Positions 12,301 to 21,067 of a DNA stretch of 64,000 nucleotides are shown piece after piece. This DNA is from Carpediemonas membranifera BICM (taxonomy: Eukaryota > Protista > Fornicata), in the NCBI GenBank assembly GCA_019828565.1, contig JAHDYR010000069.1, positions 310,001-374,000 on the forward strand, in the 5' to 3' direction. The translations under genes and the position numbers were made by a program. The notes beneath the pieces were generated by a model. The model saw only the letters and a program-made list of their open reading frames with translations. It did no database searches and had not been told where the DNA came from. How positions within the stretch are numbered: position 1 is the first letter of the stretch; the number at the start of each line of letters is the position of its first letter.

Positions 12301-13138
12301 GCTGACGAACGTCCGGGCGGGCACAGACAGCCTGGTCCGCTCAGGCATCTATTCAGTCTCCTATAGCTCCAACAAGATCGCTAGCACACTGTGGAGGGGC
12401 CTTGCGACTGCGACCCACGACGACGACTACCAGCGGCGGGCAATGAAGGGGCAGACGCGCACTCTGGGCGATGGGCTGATGCGAGGTACTGAGTCCATCA
12501 GCAAGGGCATCATGGACGGACTCTCTGACGCTTTCGCCCGGCCTACCGCAGGTATTCGGAGCGGCAGTCTCAAACGTACGTTCAGGGAAGGACGCAGCGG
12601 ACTCGCAGCTCTCGTTACCAAGCCTGTCGCCGGCGTAGTAGAGGCAGTTGCCAAGACCAGCGAGGGTGTCCGCAACCAGGTGGCCTTCCGGGATGTCCTC
12701 AGTCGCACCCGGGAGCCCAGAGTCATCGGTTCGCACGGCCTCGTGCCCTTTGAACGGGTCAGCGCCCACTGCAAGCTCGCGCTCTATTTCCTGGGCGAGG
12801 ACCCGCTTGTGACGTTCATCACCCACTGCCGCGAGGTGAAAAAGGTAGCTCCCGGCGCCCCGACCACCCCTGTTCTTCACTCTTACTTCGTACTCGCCTC
12901 GAGCGGCCTGTTTATGATCAAGGCTAACGGCGACCTCGCGTCTGCCAGGCTGGTTTGGAAGCTGGAGATTGGGTCGATTGTTCTTGGTGAGATTAACGTC
13001 TCGACCCATTTCTCGGGGCTTGAGATCCAGTGTACGACGGAGCGTGGCTACACGGTGGTGGAGGTGTGTGTGTCCACACCGGACGCGGAGAAGCTCAAGC
13101 TCGAGCTCGAGAATCTGATTGTGCAGAATAAGCAGTGA
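3317..13138 (+). CDS. VPS13: VPS13-family bridge-like lipid transfer protein
   Basis: ~3270 aa. Chorein_N start MLESVVASTLAKRLGNYIE...HIPW...KIVNNLQIDITNVHIRYE, WWRYA, WEPMVEP; C-terminal LGSTELLGNPVSLF...DFFYEP...VTKPVAG. Confidence 0.95.
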   Translation: MLESVVASTLAKRLGNYIEGLNKENLKVGLKKGSLHLTNLHVNPEAVEDLHPSLVVLHGFISNLELHIPWAHLNSDKVTLKLDGVNILVAAKNHASYSVEKKDRDAERKLAKKQAKLKKIETTRLLEVIGSETTDGEDKSVKRGFFSRLTSKIVNNLQIDITNVHIRYEHTTHVFSPFALGVCLESVSLWSTDGQWKTKFVSDKEDVLYKLGRVCNLTAYMDTEFMATSTPFLQPDAHARLPELRKGVASVLKTELFTDANPYLNHSWLLEPLTAELRVTQDNRPSLPKDTPAIRADLKVERLNLGVDNTQTALILDQASYWTNFGRVQGLVHMRPHARPTADPKAWWRYALESVLSDVRKKRARHDWFTYVTLAKDRKAYIPLYARHVGLGTPLTDAERMKMIQIEDRTSIEALAVFRTSIYEEVRRKKASETVNARIRELAGLEEEKKPAKKRWFKREEASDLIDKIDPDELAQRLGFDELMTRARADAADDSSFNMALGLEVDSASMSLFMRKPLSSTGTIRKSKLMRRHESDLPFTICGVPRNRSPLLVGEIDGTRCAFKKMDGQMGVTLAVQSSSVRDQYTKNTPFPKLFTPIQSPEPGARDLLEVEWTSKPRPGVDHGFTAKLQPTEIVCNVGFFMVVKDFFSSRPTDMDFSRVGTVAMQKLSALGTFTTHSLSESLRSHTTIDANISISAPTIIIPVGTDSEDIFAVHIGDVSTTSIINETTAALLKANDKDTLAGITDDDMYDTFAVNLVRTSLVLHPSLAAFRAKEQGCPIIQPLDLRGQLKNCVVPENIDLPRYKVSAELDTVKIDVSSDTLKRSLRLVNAIQAQLQRENEDVRVDLSDVVRSPKDSKDKDGKETKEGGLSLGVLNETTLQFAQSVYRNSGLSLERLALYNEVVVEFSVAGFTASLGWDEAGSDEADAYTQPLIAVNSGRLAGSFIKRPWDVSTDVWLNSFEVIDTMRGGTLCTGTAAKGHEGLLHFTLSAVQAVSPLYAGVNIDIGTEIGVFDIQINRETIFSTIELFNDVWTSTRPEPTLKLPEAPLSRSDSESDGDSEPIIATAVDTVNLAEQFASGARKAGPEGHTLVRVQAAMDKLSLELATEGRPMVHMVMADAVGSFRQTNGRRAVEATLAHCGVRDLSIDGPNREVLVPHASDKLVHIRFIQTTEASPAFAGLHTELELDMAPAALVYSPHFFQMVKHYALESRRIQAVVQEQTSSIKQRASEAVAKLEHGHAVSHTLMRLSVHWSGLKCAIPITPESSNALVASMAGLEVSSAFSVLTKDRSNRTVAYAVKDTAVRMTGLCVRSPAPSSPLVDVGVPVTDILHQDEASVLVRQPIVDAKTLADLDLPALLLRVSCSEFTARLTTLQYRFLLQWAKIFTSQEEDESERSSHTRTYTDADHSAASNVEDTDEGSADPVAFALEVTTPGAKCEICDDLVDPSSPKALFEFDLDTVDGYLRTTRGRTLRMIWQFRGFELVDCRGPDFIHPSFSRILQKNTALTREWAIDRDANRGMHLFEFKGDPDAFLTVDYTKLANRDDCTVTLNTPDVLVVPSSINAVRDFFTPPKSPAPKAKTPSASPQRRTSSMSRADRHQVLNPVSMGEMVIYVVFHKSRVRTLHKPQDPDTRTLNMWLDLRYSMYINKWATDPRDPGFALVGPTYLTWTAGVRILELCILTGKLGLPEQSLFAPVTSTVTIEQVAPEAQLASGKVMTLRKLDVIIATELTARLSIRDIFLIVEIAQSFRELSASETSEAASAAASTALSLTTVVQPLQTSKMELSFIPRQPVSMTIIDNTRHDSPVIDVSVRDFMLAPLVVAPDMISASIQGCLAVDCYNNEISQWEPMVEPVALGIQVSKILLPPPTEAEKIAAVGALRAVSEDDEEEEDILDIGLGVDGQLEADDAADAGLMVNVIAGQPVQINLSRHMSQTIVAGLKTAAIWADDIEARPEASFKSYRLENFTGLPATIAVLNSSTATDVFTTMTTESEPIWFDPPDTAVGLPSRRTQDEAQHVVITIDGKSTPVLRVDQVTKRHVMLTPRVGKERQIMPLVVDIQVKERAKWISISGPYTIQSLCGPVEMVLTGDGVAPDLEPVIVDSEPVFLPSAASEPDLLLTVDNATSGPIHIKKAAPTRASVRGDLLPSCVEFVGSHGNNRYLSMTPLGLRRGVELVLRAPITLTNGLPTAISVSVYSANSTECLTTIEAAAGVSSFITQVPHTVKALLAISIPAAGLTTAEPLVIGAGASSVSMVSFIDNSARRIRLGVDIEQDGLDAVKVHLFAPYIVCDRTVSADLVAQMAHKSPYSNGVPITLSPAEGSLCLGESHHEGEEVKAMILGFAKRRGETSGGLMQVSVLGYDWSDRFNADAVGTNGQIIVRRTTGGDTLRENFVMFLVAKISFYNFTTANGAVLRTGKVIDLTPQVTIENSTTETLIARTGPTHALCKNTTKAALFMLQPGETQAVDWMRVAAKTKELVPHISLTFDIKSAMPSSTFAQGSINSLLWTSPLALGSAGTFGMRVVDEVGGERFIDVEVLARSGALHAMLRESDEPPLRVTNATDLTLFMRQRGHERAIPLSSGVCKPFIWEDLNGTKQQEVSLSADMSNAKLFTPDRLLRQHSLAHPSGTVFSAAVAVGPTKHLVFWQDASVELIDANTRAAMADQRFISHSGVVLPDAMAGSVIWVTVAIEFIGVSLIHETTPEQGIPVPYELALVSVRDLNFKFRDMARTREFALSLNSLQVDDMRCDALNPVLLSAVSKADVTRTVTQWIHNKPSRSSNGSEFSVLDEPVVRAKVRLSKEVKRYTHFRELSFAVQALQLHLDDVAPFLLTECIQQINFGAIGQAVSELNLAGPKKNDEVKSQKIYFEDFVLQPISIRLSFALSGASSGNHSNYIIDAARATLGVGLTLSSIDDAPIHFFALIIRNMFVSSDQLVQRLITTYRGQAIQQAYNLLGSTELLGNPVSLFNTIGTGLLDFFYEPCLALAHPTPRQLLTNVRAGTDSLVRSGIYSVSYSSNKIASTLWRGLATATHDDDYQRRAMKGQTRTLGDGLMRGTESISKGIMDGLSDAFARPTAGIRSGSLKRTFREGRSGLAALVTKPVAGVVEAVAKTSEGVRNQVAFRDVLSRTREPRVIGSHGLVPFERVSAHCKLALYFLGEDPLVTFITHCREVKKVAPGAPTTPVLHSYFVLASSGLFMIKANGDLASARLVWKLEIGSIVLGEINVSTHFSGLEIQCTTERGYTVVEVCVSTPDAEKLKLELENLIVQNKQ

Positions 13139-14746
13139 GATTGACACATATAAATATGTTGTATATGAAAAGGAATGGGGCTGTTGCCTTATGGCAAAAG
13201 GGATTGGGCAAGACCCACTGCAGGGCGTCTGGTAAGGCCGGCATGTGGTCATTTCTTGACGTGTCGGAAGTGCCACGCTCTAAATGACCCGATCAAACAC
13301 ATCATGATCGGGCTAGTGCGGTAGTTATCTTGGTCGCGGCTAAGCCCCGACATATGTGGGCCATTGACTCAATAAGCAAGCACGAGATCATCAAACAAAC
13401 CGAAATCGGGTCAATCTCGAGTCATAAATGTTGGTCGATGATGGAACGGGGCTGACCTGATCCCTTCAACGACATGATTGCCGGTGCCTAAAGTCCTAAT
13501 TCTCTGCTGTTTACGTGTATCCGCCGGATAACTTCATACACGTGTTCCCCGAGGCAATCCAAGTCATGGCGACCTAAGATTGATGACCGGCTGGGACCAT
13601 TTTAGTTGGTTTCCCTCGCCTCATGTACAAGGGTCGGCCCCGTTCCAAACCTCGTCAACTATGCTTGTTAACGGCCCTCACATCTCACACCGACTATTCG
13701 ATAAGCCGTGAGATCGAAGTTCCGGACTTATAAGTCGCACACACCGACAATACCCGGACCAATGGCCGGTACGCTGCTCGTTTCTTGTAGCTTACATTCA
13801 TCTGCTGACACTAACGCCGGCACCAGCAACTTGCCCTCCTCTGCTCCAATGATGGCTCAGCGACATCATCATTTGCACGCCTTCACAATTTGACCCACGC
13901 TCCAAACGCTAAGGCGGGGCTACATTGAAGCTACCAGCCATGCGCGCCCATTGAAGAGATGCCGGGCGATCCAATTTAAAATTATCCTGCTGATCGTCTT
14001 AAATCTTCCGCTCAACACAATCAAGGTTCCAAGAAACAGAGCAATGGGCAACAATACGCAGTCAATCTCAGGTGATACCGGTATATATGTATACAATACC
14101 AACAGTGATTGCTGCGAGCGTGATGATGAGGGGCAGAATGGCCGTGGAAGGGGCAAAGGATCCAAGGGCCCGAGCTCTCTTCCCTCTGGCAACCTCTAAG
14201 ACGTAGTGGTAAAGCTTCATAGATTGTTTCTGTCTGCTCGGCATGTTTTGGCGCCCCAGACTTCACTTTGTATTGTATCCAACCATAAAACGCCATGCCC
14301 AGGCTCCAATTCAAGAGCCTAGCGCCGACCTAGGCTGGAGAGTCGCGCCAGCCGGCTGAAAATACAGTTACTGCCCTGCCCTGCTCATTTCTAGCAGACA
14401 TGAGCATCACGAATCTCCCTTGGTGTGGGTGTCGTGATGTTCTCATTCTGAACCCCGCAAGAAAGAGCGCTCTCACTACTGTAAGTGAGTTTTAATATGG
14501 CTACAACAGGAGAAATTGCTTTTTGAGTTGCCCGCTGACTCATTTCCTCACAATTTTGTGATATTTGGCGCAATCGGATCAAATCGGGCGGACCAAATCT
14601 CTCAAACTTGCATAGCTTGTTCCAGCACGTCTCCGGATGCAAGCAGCACAGGATGTCTCCAATTTCTTACAGCTAGTAGATCGCGTCGAGATCGGACTGA
14701 GTCGAGAGTTGAGGTCACACAAATATCACCGCCAATTTCTCCGCAT

Positions 14747-15456
14747 ATGGACGCTGTCATCGTCGCCTTTGGTGCGTTATCAGCTGGGAATACTCTAACA
14801 TAGACTGGGATGAGACCCTTTTCCCTTCCTCTTGGGCGGCGGCGCTGGGCACAAATGATGCCACCTCTAAGCAAGTTGAGGAAGCCGTTAAGAAACTGGA
14901 AATCACGATTCACAATGCATTTTCCGTCCTCTTCACCACAATCCCTAACGCCATTATCAGCATTGTTACTACAGCCCGGGCAAGGTGGATCGCCGCTTCG
15001 ATCCAACGTTTTTGCCCATCTCTCTCCCAATTCATGGATCGTGTCCAGATCATCTCGGCCCGCGACCTGTTCGAGAACCGCTACTCTGCTGAGAGGCACG
15101 GCGAGTCTGCCTATGTCGTCTGGAAGCTCATGAGCTTCATCCACCTCGTCAAGTCGGCAAAGAGCGAATCAGTCACTTTTATCTCTGTTGGAGATTCTAA
15201 CTGTGAGCGTTTGGCTGCACGAGAACTTGCACGAGCTGTCGAGGAGAACCGGTTGTCCCCCAACCCCCTTCCAAACTTTCCCAAGAAGTTGCATGTTAAG
15301 ACCATCAAAACACCAGATTCCCCTGATATTTACCAGATTGCTCAGAACCTCGAGCTGTTCACCAGTGCCACGAGCTGGGTCATTGATCAGGCTGGGTCGT
15401 TTGAGACAACCCTCAGTGGCCTCGCGAAACACGTGCTCCCAGTCACCCGCACCTAG
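14747..15456 (+). CDS. HAD-superfamily hydrolase-like protein (exons 14747-14771, 14804-15456)
   Basis: A 32-nt intron (14772-14803, GTGCGT...ATAG) creates motif I AFDWDETLFP. Also IVTTA, IISARD, WK, ISVGDS.CER and VKTIK, typical of a protist HAD-like family. Confidence 0.75.
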
Positions 15457-15732
15457 TATACTAATAGCTTCATCGCCTTTTACGCCATTAAAAAACCATT
15501 TTCGCCCGAGTCTGGATCTTTGCGTTCATGCGTCATTCCAGTTTCGCCAGCCAATTTTCTTCAGGAAAATTTGCTTGACCCTGGGAGTTTGCCACCTGAA
15601 TCAGCATGCCAGTAGCTGAGTTACACCGTTCCAGTACCTCCCATTTTTCAAAGACAAGTTTATACCATTTTTGCCGACCGAAGGGTTTTTCTTCAAAGCC
15701 CTTTCAGAGCCCGAGCTAGAGCTATCGAACGC

Positions 15733-16500
15733 ATGGTTTCGTCGCAGGTTCCTAAGTGCATGGCCCTCCAGAAGGAGGATGTTGAGCTTCTCGTTGCCGC
15801 TCAGGCCCACATTGGCGCCAAGACCCTTGAGAAGTCTATGGAGGAGTATGTTACTGGCCGCCGCCCTGATGGCCTCCACATTTTCGACCTTCAGGCCACT
15901 TGGGACAAGATTGTTCTTGCTGCCCGCGCTATCGCTGCCATCGAGAACTCCAAGGATGTCGCTCTCATCTCCACCCGCGATTACGGCCAGCGCGCTGTCC
16001 TCAAGTTCGCTCGCTACACTGGCTGCCACGCCATCGCTGGCCGCTTCACCCCCGGCACCTTCACCAACCGCGTGACCAAGGCCTTCATCGAGCCCTCCAT
16101 CCTCATTGTCAACGACCCCCGTCTTGACCACCAGGCTGTTAACGAGTCCGCCTACGCTAACATCCCGATCATCGCTCTTTGCGATACCGATGCTCCCATG
16201 GCCCACGTTGACATCGCCATCCCCTGCAACAACAAGTCCAAGAACGCTATCGGCCTCATCTACTGGCTTCTTGCCCGTGAGGTTCTCCGCATCCGTGGCA
16301 CTATCTCTCGCGATGAGGCCTGGGAGGTTATGCCCGATATGTTCATCTACCGCTCCCCTGAGGAGATCGAGCAGCAGGACGAGGAGGGTGCTGAGAAGGA
16401 GCAGACCACCTGGGACGAGGCTGAGATCAACGAGGCTGAGCCCGCCGCTGCTGATGACTGGAACACCGAGGGCGCTGCTGAGGGTCAGAGCTGGGCTTAA
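15733..16500 (+). CDS. RPSA: 40S ribosomal protein SA (uS2)
   Basis: [49 protein letters not shown]; strong C/T third-position bias. Confidence 0.97.
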   Translation: MVSSQVPKCMALQKEDVELLVAAQAHIGAKTLEKSMEEYVTGRRPDGLHIFDLQATWDKIVLAARAIAAIENSKDVALISTRDYGQRAVLKFARYTGCHAIAGRFTPGTFTNRVTKAFIEPSILIVNDPRLDHQAVNESAYANIPIIALCDTDAPMAHVDIAIPCNNKSKNAIGLIYWLLAREVLRIRGTISRDEAWEVMPDMFIYRSPEEIEQQDEEGAEKEQTTWDEAEINEAEPAAADDWNTEGAAEGQSWA

Positions 16501-16953
16501 ACCATAAATGCTGCGGCTGAAGGTTGGCCACCAGACGTAAAGACACAAAATTACTGATGACGTTTAGAGAAACGCTAAGCAGGGGTCAAGAGAGAAGCTT
16601 GCTCATGTTGTGACATAGGCGGTATCCATGCTTGTGGGCTTTGCGATCTGGTGAGTTTGACCATAATTGACCCAGCTGTGCAGCCTTCAACAACATCTGG
16701 ACGGGCCACCGCACAACACACGTTACACATACATCCTTACCAGCCACGCCCCACAAAATCGTGTCTGATCTCGATAGATCCTGTTGGCCTTACCCACGAC
16801 TCACATTTAGAGAAGCATCGAACAGCACCAACACGCTATTCTACCCCATGTGGACACAACTCTTTACGCTCTTCTTCAGATTGATTTGGCCAAGGCAGAC
16901 TTGTCATCGACTGCCGGGGGTCCGCGAGTCAGAAATTGCAAGCAAGCAAAACC

Positions 16954-17691
16954 ATGCCTTTTGAGAACAAGGAGGGTCAGAACGTCCCCGATGTCACTTT
17001 CATGATCCGTAGAAACAACCAGCTCCTTCCCGTCACCACCGACGAGATCTTTAAGGGCAAGACTGTTGTCGCCTTCTCTCTTCCCGGCGCCTACACTCCC
17101 ACTTGCTCCTCCTCTCACGTGCCCCACTACGAGCAGCTCACTGAAACCTTCAAGCAGAACGGCGTCGACGATGTCGTCTGTTTCTCTGTCAACGACGGCT
17201 TTGTCATGGAGGCCTGGCAGAAGGAGCTCGATGCCCCCAGCGTCACCTTCATCGCTGACGGCAACGGCGATTTCACCAAGGGCATGGGCCTTCTCGTCGA
17301 CAAGAGCGACATCGGCTTCGGCCCCCGCTCCTGGCGCTATTCCATGCTTGTTCGCGACAAGAAGATCGTGAAGATGTTCATCGAGCCCGAGAAGCCCGGC
17401 GACCCCTTCGAGGTCTCTGATGCCCGCACAATGCTCAACTACATCAACCCCAAGGCCGAGCTCCCACACTTCGTCACTGTCTTCGCCCGCGAGGGTTGCC
17501 CCCACTGCATTGCCGCCAAGGCTCTCCTCAAGGAGCGCGGCATCAAGTTCGAGGTGATCAACACCGGCGCTGGCTCTGGTCTGACTGCCCGCACCCTCGA
17601 GGCTGTCTGTGGCAGGTCCACAGTCCCCCAGATCTTCATTGGCAGCAAGCACATTGGCGGCCGCGAGGACCTCGAGAAGTACTTCGCCTAA
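16954..17691 (+). CDS. Hybrid peroxiredoxin 5-glutaredoxin (PGdx type)
   Basis: Prx5 PGAYTPTCS and GFGPRSWRYSM fused through EPEKPGDPFEVSDA to a Grx domain (GCPHC, TVPQIFIG..HIGG). Confidence 0.93.
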   Translation: MPFENKEGQNVPDVTFMIRRNNQLLPVTTDEIFKGKTVVAFSLPGAYTPTCSSSHVPHYEQLTETFKQNGVDDVVCFSVNDGFVMEAWQKELDAPSVTFIADGNGDFTKGMGLLVDKSDIGFGPRSWRYSMLVRDKKIVKMFIEPEKPGDPFEVSDARTMLNYINPKAELPHFVTVFAREGCPHCIAAKALLKERGIKFEVINTGAGSGLTARTLEAVCGRSTVPQIFIGSKHIGGREDLEKYFA

Positions 17692-17817
17692 GTCTTGTAA
17701 ACATTCACCCACCTCTGTGACCTGGCCCCGGCTGCTCTGCTGCTCCATTATCAGCCGCATCACTGCCACGTGTCAGGCTAGCCTGCTCATCAATCACACC
17801 ATCATCCACGCAACCAA

Positions 17818-19506
17818 ATGAACGAAAGACTGTCTGTTACTCTTTACATATACGATCTGAGCATGGGATTGGCCTCACAGCTCTCCATGTCCTTCGTCGG
17901 GCGCCATTTCGAAGGGATCTTTCATACAGGCATAGTGCTCGCTGAATCGAACCAGGCGAACCCCGTTGAATACTTCTACGGCGGTGCAGGCATCAGCAGG
18001 GCACTTGCGGGCACCACACCATACGGCACGCCCGTTGAGCGAATCACGCTGGGTGAAACGAACAAGCGTCGCTCAGAGTTCGAGACCTGGATCCAATCCA
18101 ACGCCGCACGCTTCTCATTCTCCCGCTACCATGTCCTACAACACAACTGCAACACCTTTACCCACGAGGCGACGCAGTTCTTGCTGGGCGACACCACCCG
18201 CTATCCGACCAAGGTGTCCCAGCTTCCCAGCCAGTTTCTGGAGACGCAGATGGGCAGGATGATGGAGCCGATGATCAACTCCATGTTCCAGGGCTACAAC
18301 GACCAGCAGAGGTCCGCCACTAATCTGCACACCTTCGAAGGAACCAACGCAGCGCCTGTTCAGCATGCCTCGCCCAGTCCGAAGCCCACGCCCAAGCCCG
18401 CAGTCCCTGTATCTGAGATGAACTTGTTCACGGGTCACTCGATGGCCAAAGCGGTCGAGAAACTGAGGCCGCTCGGTCCGCCCGGCGAAGATCTCGCCAA
18501 GTTCATCACCGACGACCTTGTACTCGCCTTAGAAGCTAAGACAGACATAACAACACCACCACAGACGATCGCATCACTCATCGAGGCCGTCTCTCCGCTC
18601 CTGGACGGGCCAAACCGATTCATGCTCGTCGACGTCTGCCGCCTGCTGGTTCTCACCCCCTCTGGGAACAGACACCTCGGATCAATGCCCAAAGAAGTCC
18701 ACATAAGCTCCATCCTCAAGGAGGCCGAGACTGCGCCTGGTCCATTCTCTGTCATGGCTCTTAGATACGCATCGAATCTATTTGCATACGCCACCGGCCA
18801 GCAAGGTGCAGCTCATCCGGCAGTCCGGAGAATGCTCACTGACACCATGGCGGCGGTGGTTGCCAGACTCAAGCAGGGCGCCTACCAGGCGGCCAGCGGG
18901 CGGGTCAGCGACGCTGCCACCTGCCTCCTCTGCAACCTCCTGACCACCACCGATTGCCCCGAGGCGTCTGCTGTGGCGGCAGGGCTCATGTCATGCCCTG
19001 GGCAGTATTCTGGACCGGCCGTCGTCGAGATGCTTGTCCCATGTTTGGTCAAGGCGATGGACGCCAAGCGGGCTGGTCTCGACCTCGGTGTGCTAAGTAC
19101 TGCTTTCGAGGTGCTTCAGACAAGACTCACATCCGAAGATTCGGCCAAAATCTCGAGATTTGCTTCCAGATTCAAAGATCCTTCAATCGGCGCCGTAGTC
19201 GACATCAACTCGAGTGCAGACTTCAACGCGTTCCTCAAGGCCCACCCCGACGCCATCATCGACTTCCACGCCACCTGGTGCGGCCCCTGCCGATCGATCC
19301 ATCCCCATGTCACCCGCCTGGCCGCACTCAACCCGGGAGTCGGCGTGGGTCGTGTGGATGTCGACAAGGTGCGGGATGTGGTTGCCACTTTGGGTGTGAG
19401 GAGCATGCCGACGTTTATCAGATACCGGGGCGGGTTGGAGGTTGAGAGATGGACTGGCGCCGACCCGAGCCGGCTCGCGACAGAGTTCGGGAAGTGTGGT
19501 AAGTAA
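17818..19506 (+). CDS. PPPDE/DeSI peptidase with PUL-like region and C-terminal thioredoxin
   Basis: LYIYDLS.G, HTGIV, EYFYG, YHVLQHNCNTF (His/Cys dyad); helical PUL-like region (RFMLVDVCRL, MALRYASNLF); DFHATWCGPC. Confidence 0.85.
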   Translation: MNERLSVTLYIYDLSMGLASQLSMSFVGRHFEGIFHTGIVLAESNQANPVEYFYGGAGISRALAGTTPYGTPVERITLGETNKRRSEFETWIQSNAARFSFSRYHVLQHNCNTFTHEATQFLLGDTTRYPTKVSQLPSQFLETQMGRMMEPMINSMFQGYNDQQRSATNLHTFEGTNAAPVQHASPSPKPTPKPAVPVSEMNLFTGHSMAKAVEKLRPLGPPGEDLAKFITDDLVLALEAKTDITTPPQTIASLIEAVSPLLDGPNRFMLVDVCRLLVLTPSGNRHLGSMPKEVHISSILKEAETAPGPFSVMALRYASNLFAYATGQQGAAHPAVRRMLTDTMAAVVARLKQGAYQAASGRVSDAATCLLCNLLTTTDCPEASAVAAGLMSCPGQYSGPAVVEMLVPCLVKAMDAKRAGLDLGVLSTAFEVLQTRLTSEDSAKISRFASRFKDPSIGAVVDINSSADFNAFLKAHPDAIIDFHATWCGPCRSIHPHVTRLAALNPGVGVGRVDVDKVRDVVATLGVRSMPTFIRYRGGLEVERWTGADPSRLATEFGKCGK

Positions 19507-20055
19507 GAGCAGTTTAAAGCCAGTTTTGGACGGATTGCGTGGTTATTTTGGACTGTAAGCTTGATTGAGTCGATAGATTGCGCGGGAATGCCCGAGAATC
19601 TACCAAAGAAATCAAGCCTGGCAAAAATGGAGCAGGAACTCAGACTCTGTAAGCGTTGAGACAGTCGCTCATATGAACTGTTATGGTACGTCAAGGATGT
19701 GTTCAATCGATTCGTCGTTGTTTAAAAGCTAGAGAAGTGATAGGCGCCTGACCTCACACCAAAACCATCAGCGCCGATATCACTGACAGGAGGGAAGTCT
19801 TTCTCTTGTTGCATTTGTCTCGTTGTCTCGTTTTTTAGTCAGTGTTGTCAAGTCAGCCGAGTCGACTCAAAATTACCTCGACATAAGTGGGAGTGGGCAA
19901 GAACCCGCTGGGCCCAGCGCATAAGCACGGGCATCCACTCTTGAATGTCACGTTCATATCTTTCCAGGTTACACTGCGTCACTGCTTGCATAAGGCTGCC
20001 GGATATCAGCCTCGCCAGACCCGATCATATGCTGCATATTAGCCCTCCCGATCGG

Positions 20056-20847
20056 ATGTTCAGCAATGTACCAGCGGTTTCGTATCGTATCTGAACCGCA
20101 AAGACTTTTCTATTTTTAGCTGTGTCTCAAGACCCCGAGTTTGTCTGCAACTACGTAGGCATGCCGGAGGCGAAGGTGATCGAAGCGAGTAAGCGCTTAT
20201 ACAGGGAAGGTTTTGGGATTGTGGAGATCGCCGCGATCCTGAACGTCCCTGTTTCAGCGTTTCGGGCCCAAATGCTCTCAGACGGTGACAAGAGAAGCAA
20301 AAAGTGTTCGAACAAACGAGTTCGAACTAGAAGCTTATCTCTTATCGTTCACGAGGGTAGCCAGGCTTTCATCGACGAAAACTCAGTTGAGATTTCCTCC
20401 ATCACCCCCGCCTACGAGCTTACAGAGACGCTATACGACAGCCTCGGGTCTATCAGCGACGGGGAGGGATTCTCGCCTCTTTCCCAGTCCTCCTACTCGT
20501 ACTCTTGCGGCGACAACACGACAGTCTCTATTGAATACTCCCCCAAGACGACATCTCTCGCACTTGTTACCGCAAACGACTACCAGGACTCGCTCACGAC
20601 TGCTACATTCACTGATGATGAACAGCCCGATTCAGCCTCGGATTTGGTTACTGAATGCCCGTCTGAAGTCGCATACCTCTCCGAGGGCGATGAGGAGCTC
20701 GGCTCACATCAAATTATTGAACCGGTTGGGTCGGTTAAGTCGGTTGGGTCAGGTGAAGACCATGGGAGGATCAGCTGCGATCTCTTTCGGGCGATTCGTC
20801 GGGGCATCAGAGTGGTTGTTGCGGTCGTGTCTGTTCTTACAATTTAA
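20056..20847 (+). CDS. Hypothetical protein (HTH-like N-terminus, acidic middle, hydrophobic C-tail); probable intron 20087-20119
   Basis: ORF 20122-20847 joins ATG 20056 in frame through a 33-nt GTATCT...TTTAG intron. RLYREGFGIVEIAAILNVP resembles a helix-turn-helix. Confidence 0.5.
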
Positions 20848-21067
20848 GGTCTGTATTTAAGCAGGCCGACTCGGTTTCATTTCTTATTCACTTTTTATCC
20901 CATTTGCATTAAACATTTTATCTCCTGGGATGTGGCTTTCACAGACTAAATACGCTCGAACTCCTTGCACGGCAAACACAAGCAGAAACATCCGTGTTGC
21001 TGGGCTTGGAACTTCATGGAGCGGAGTTTAATCAATTGATGAACCAAGGCTTCACCCGCTCGCTTGC

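Noticed and set aside
14043-14199. Small MGNNTQS ORF with possible myristoylation signal
   Set aside because: Only 51 codons, with no recognisable homology or coding bias.
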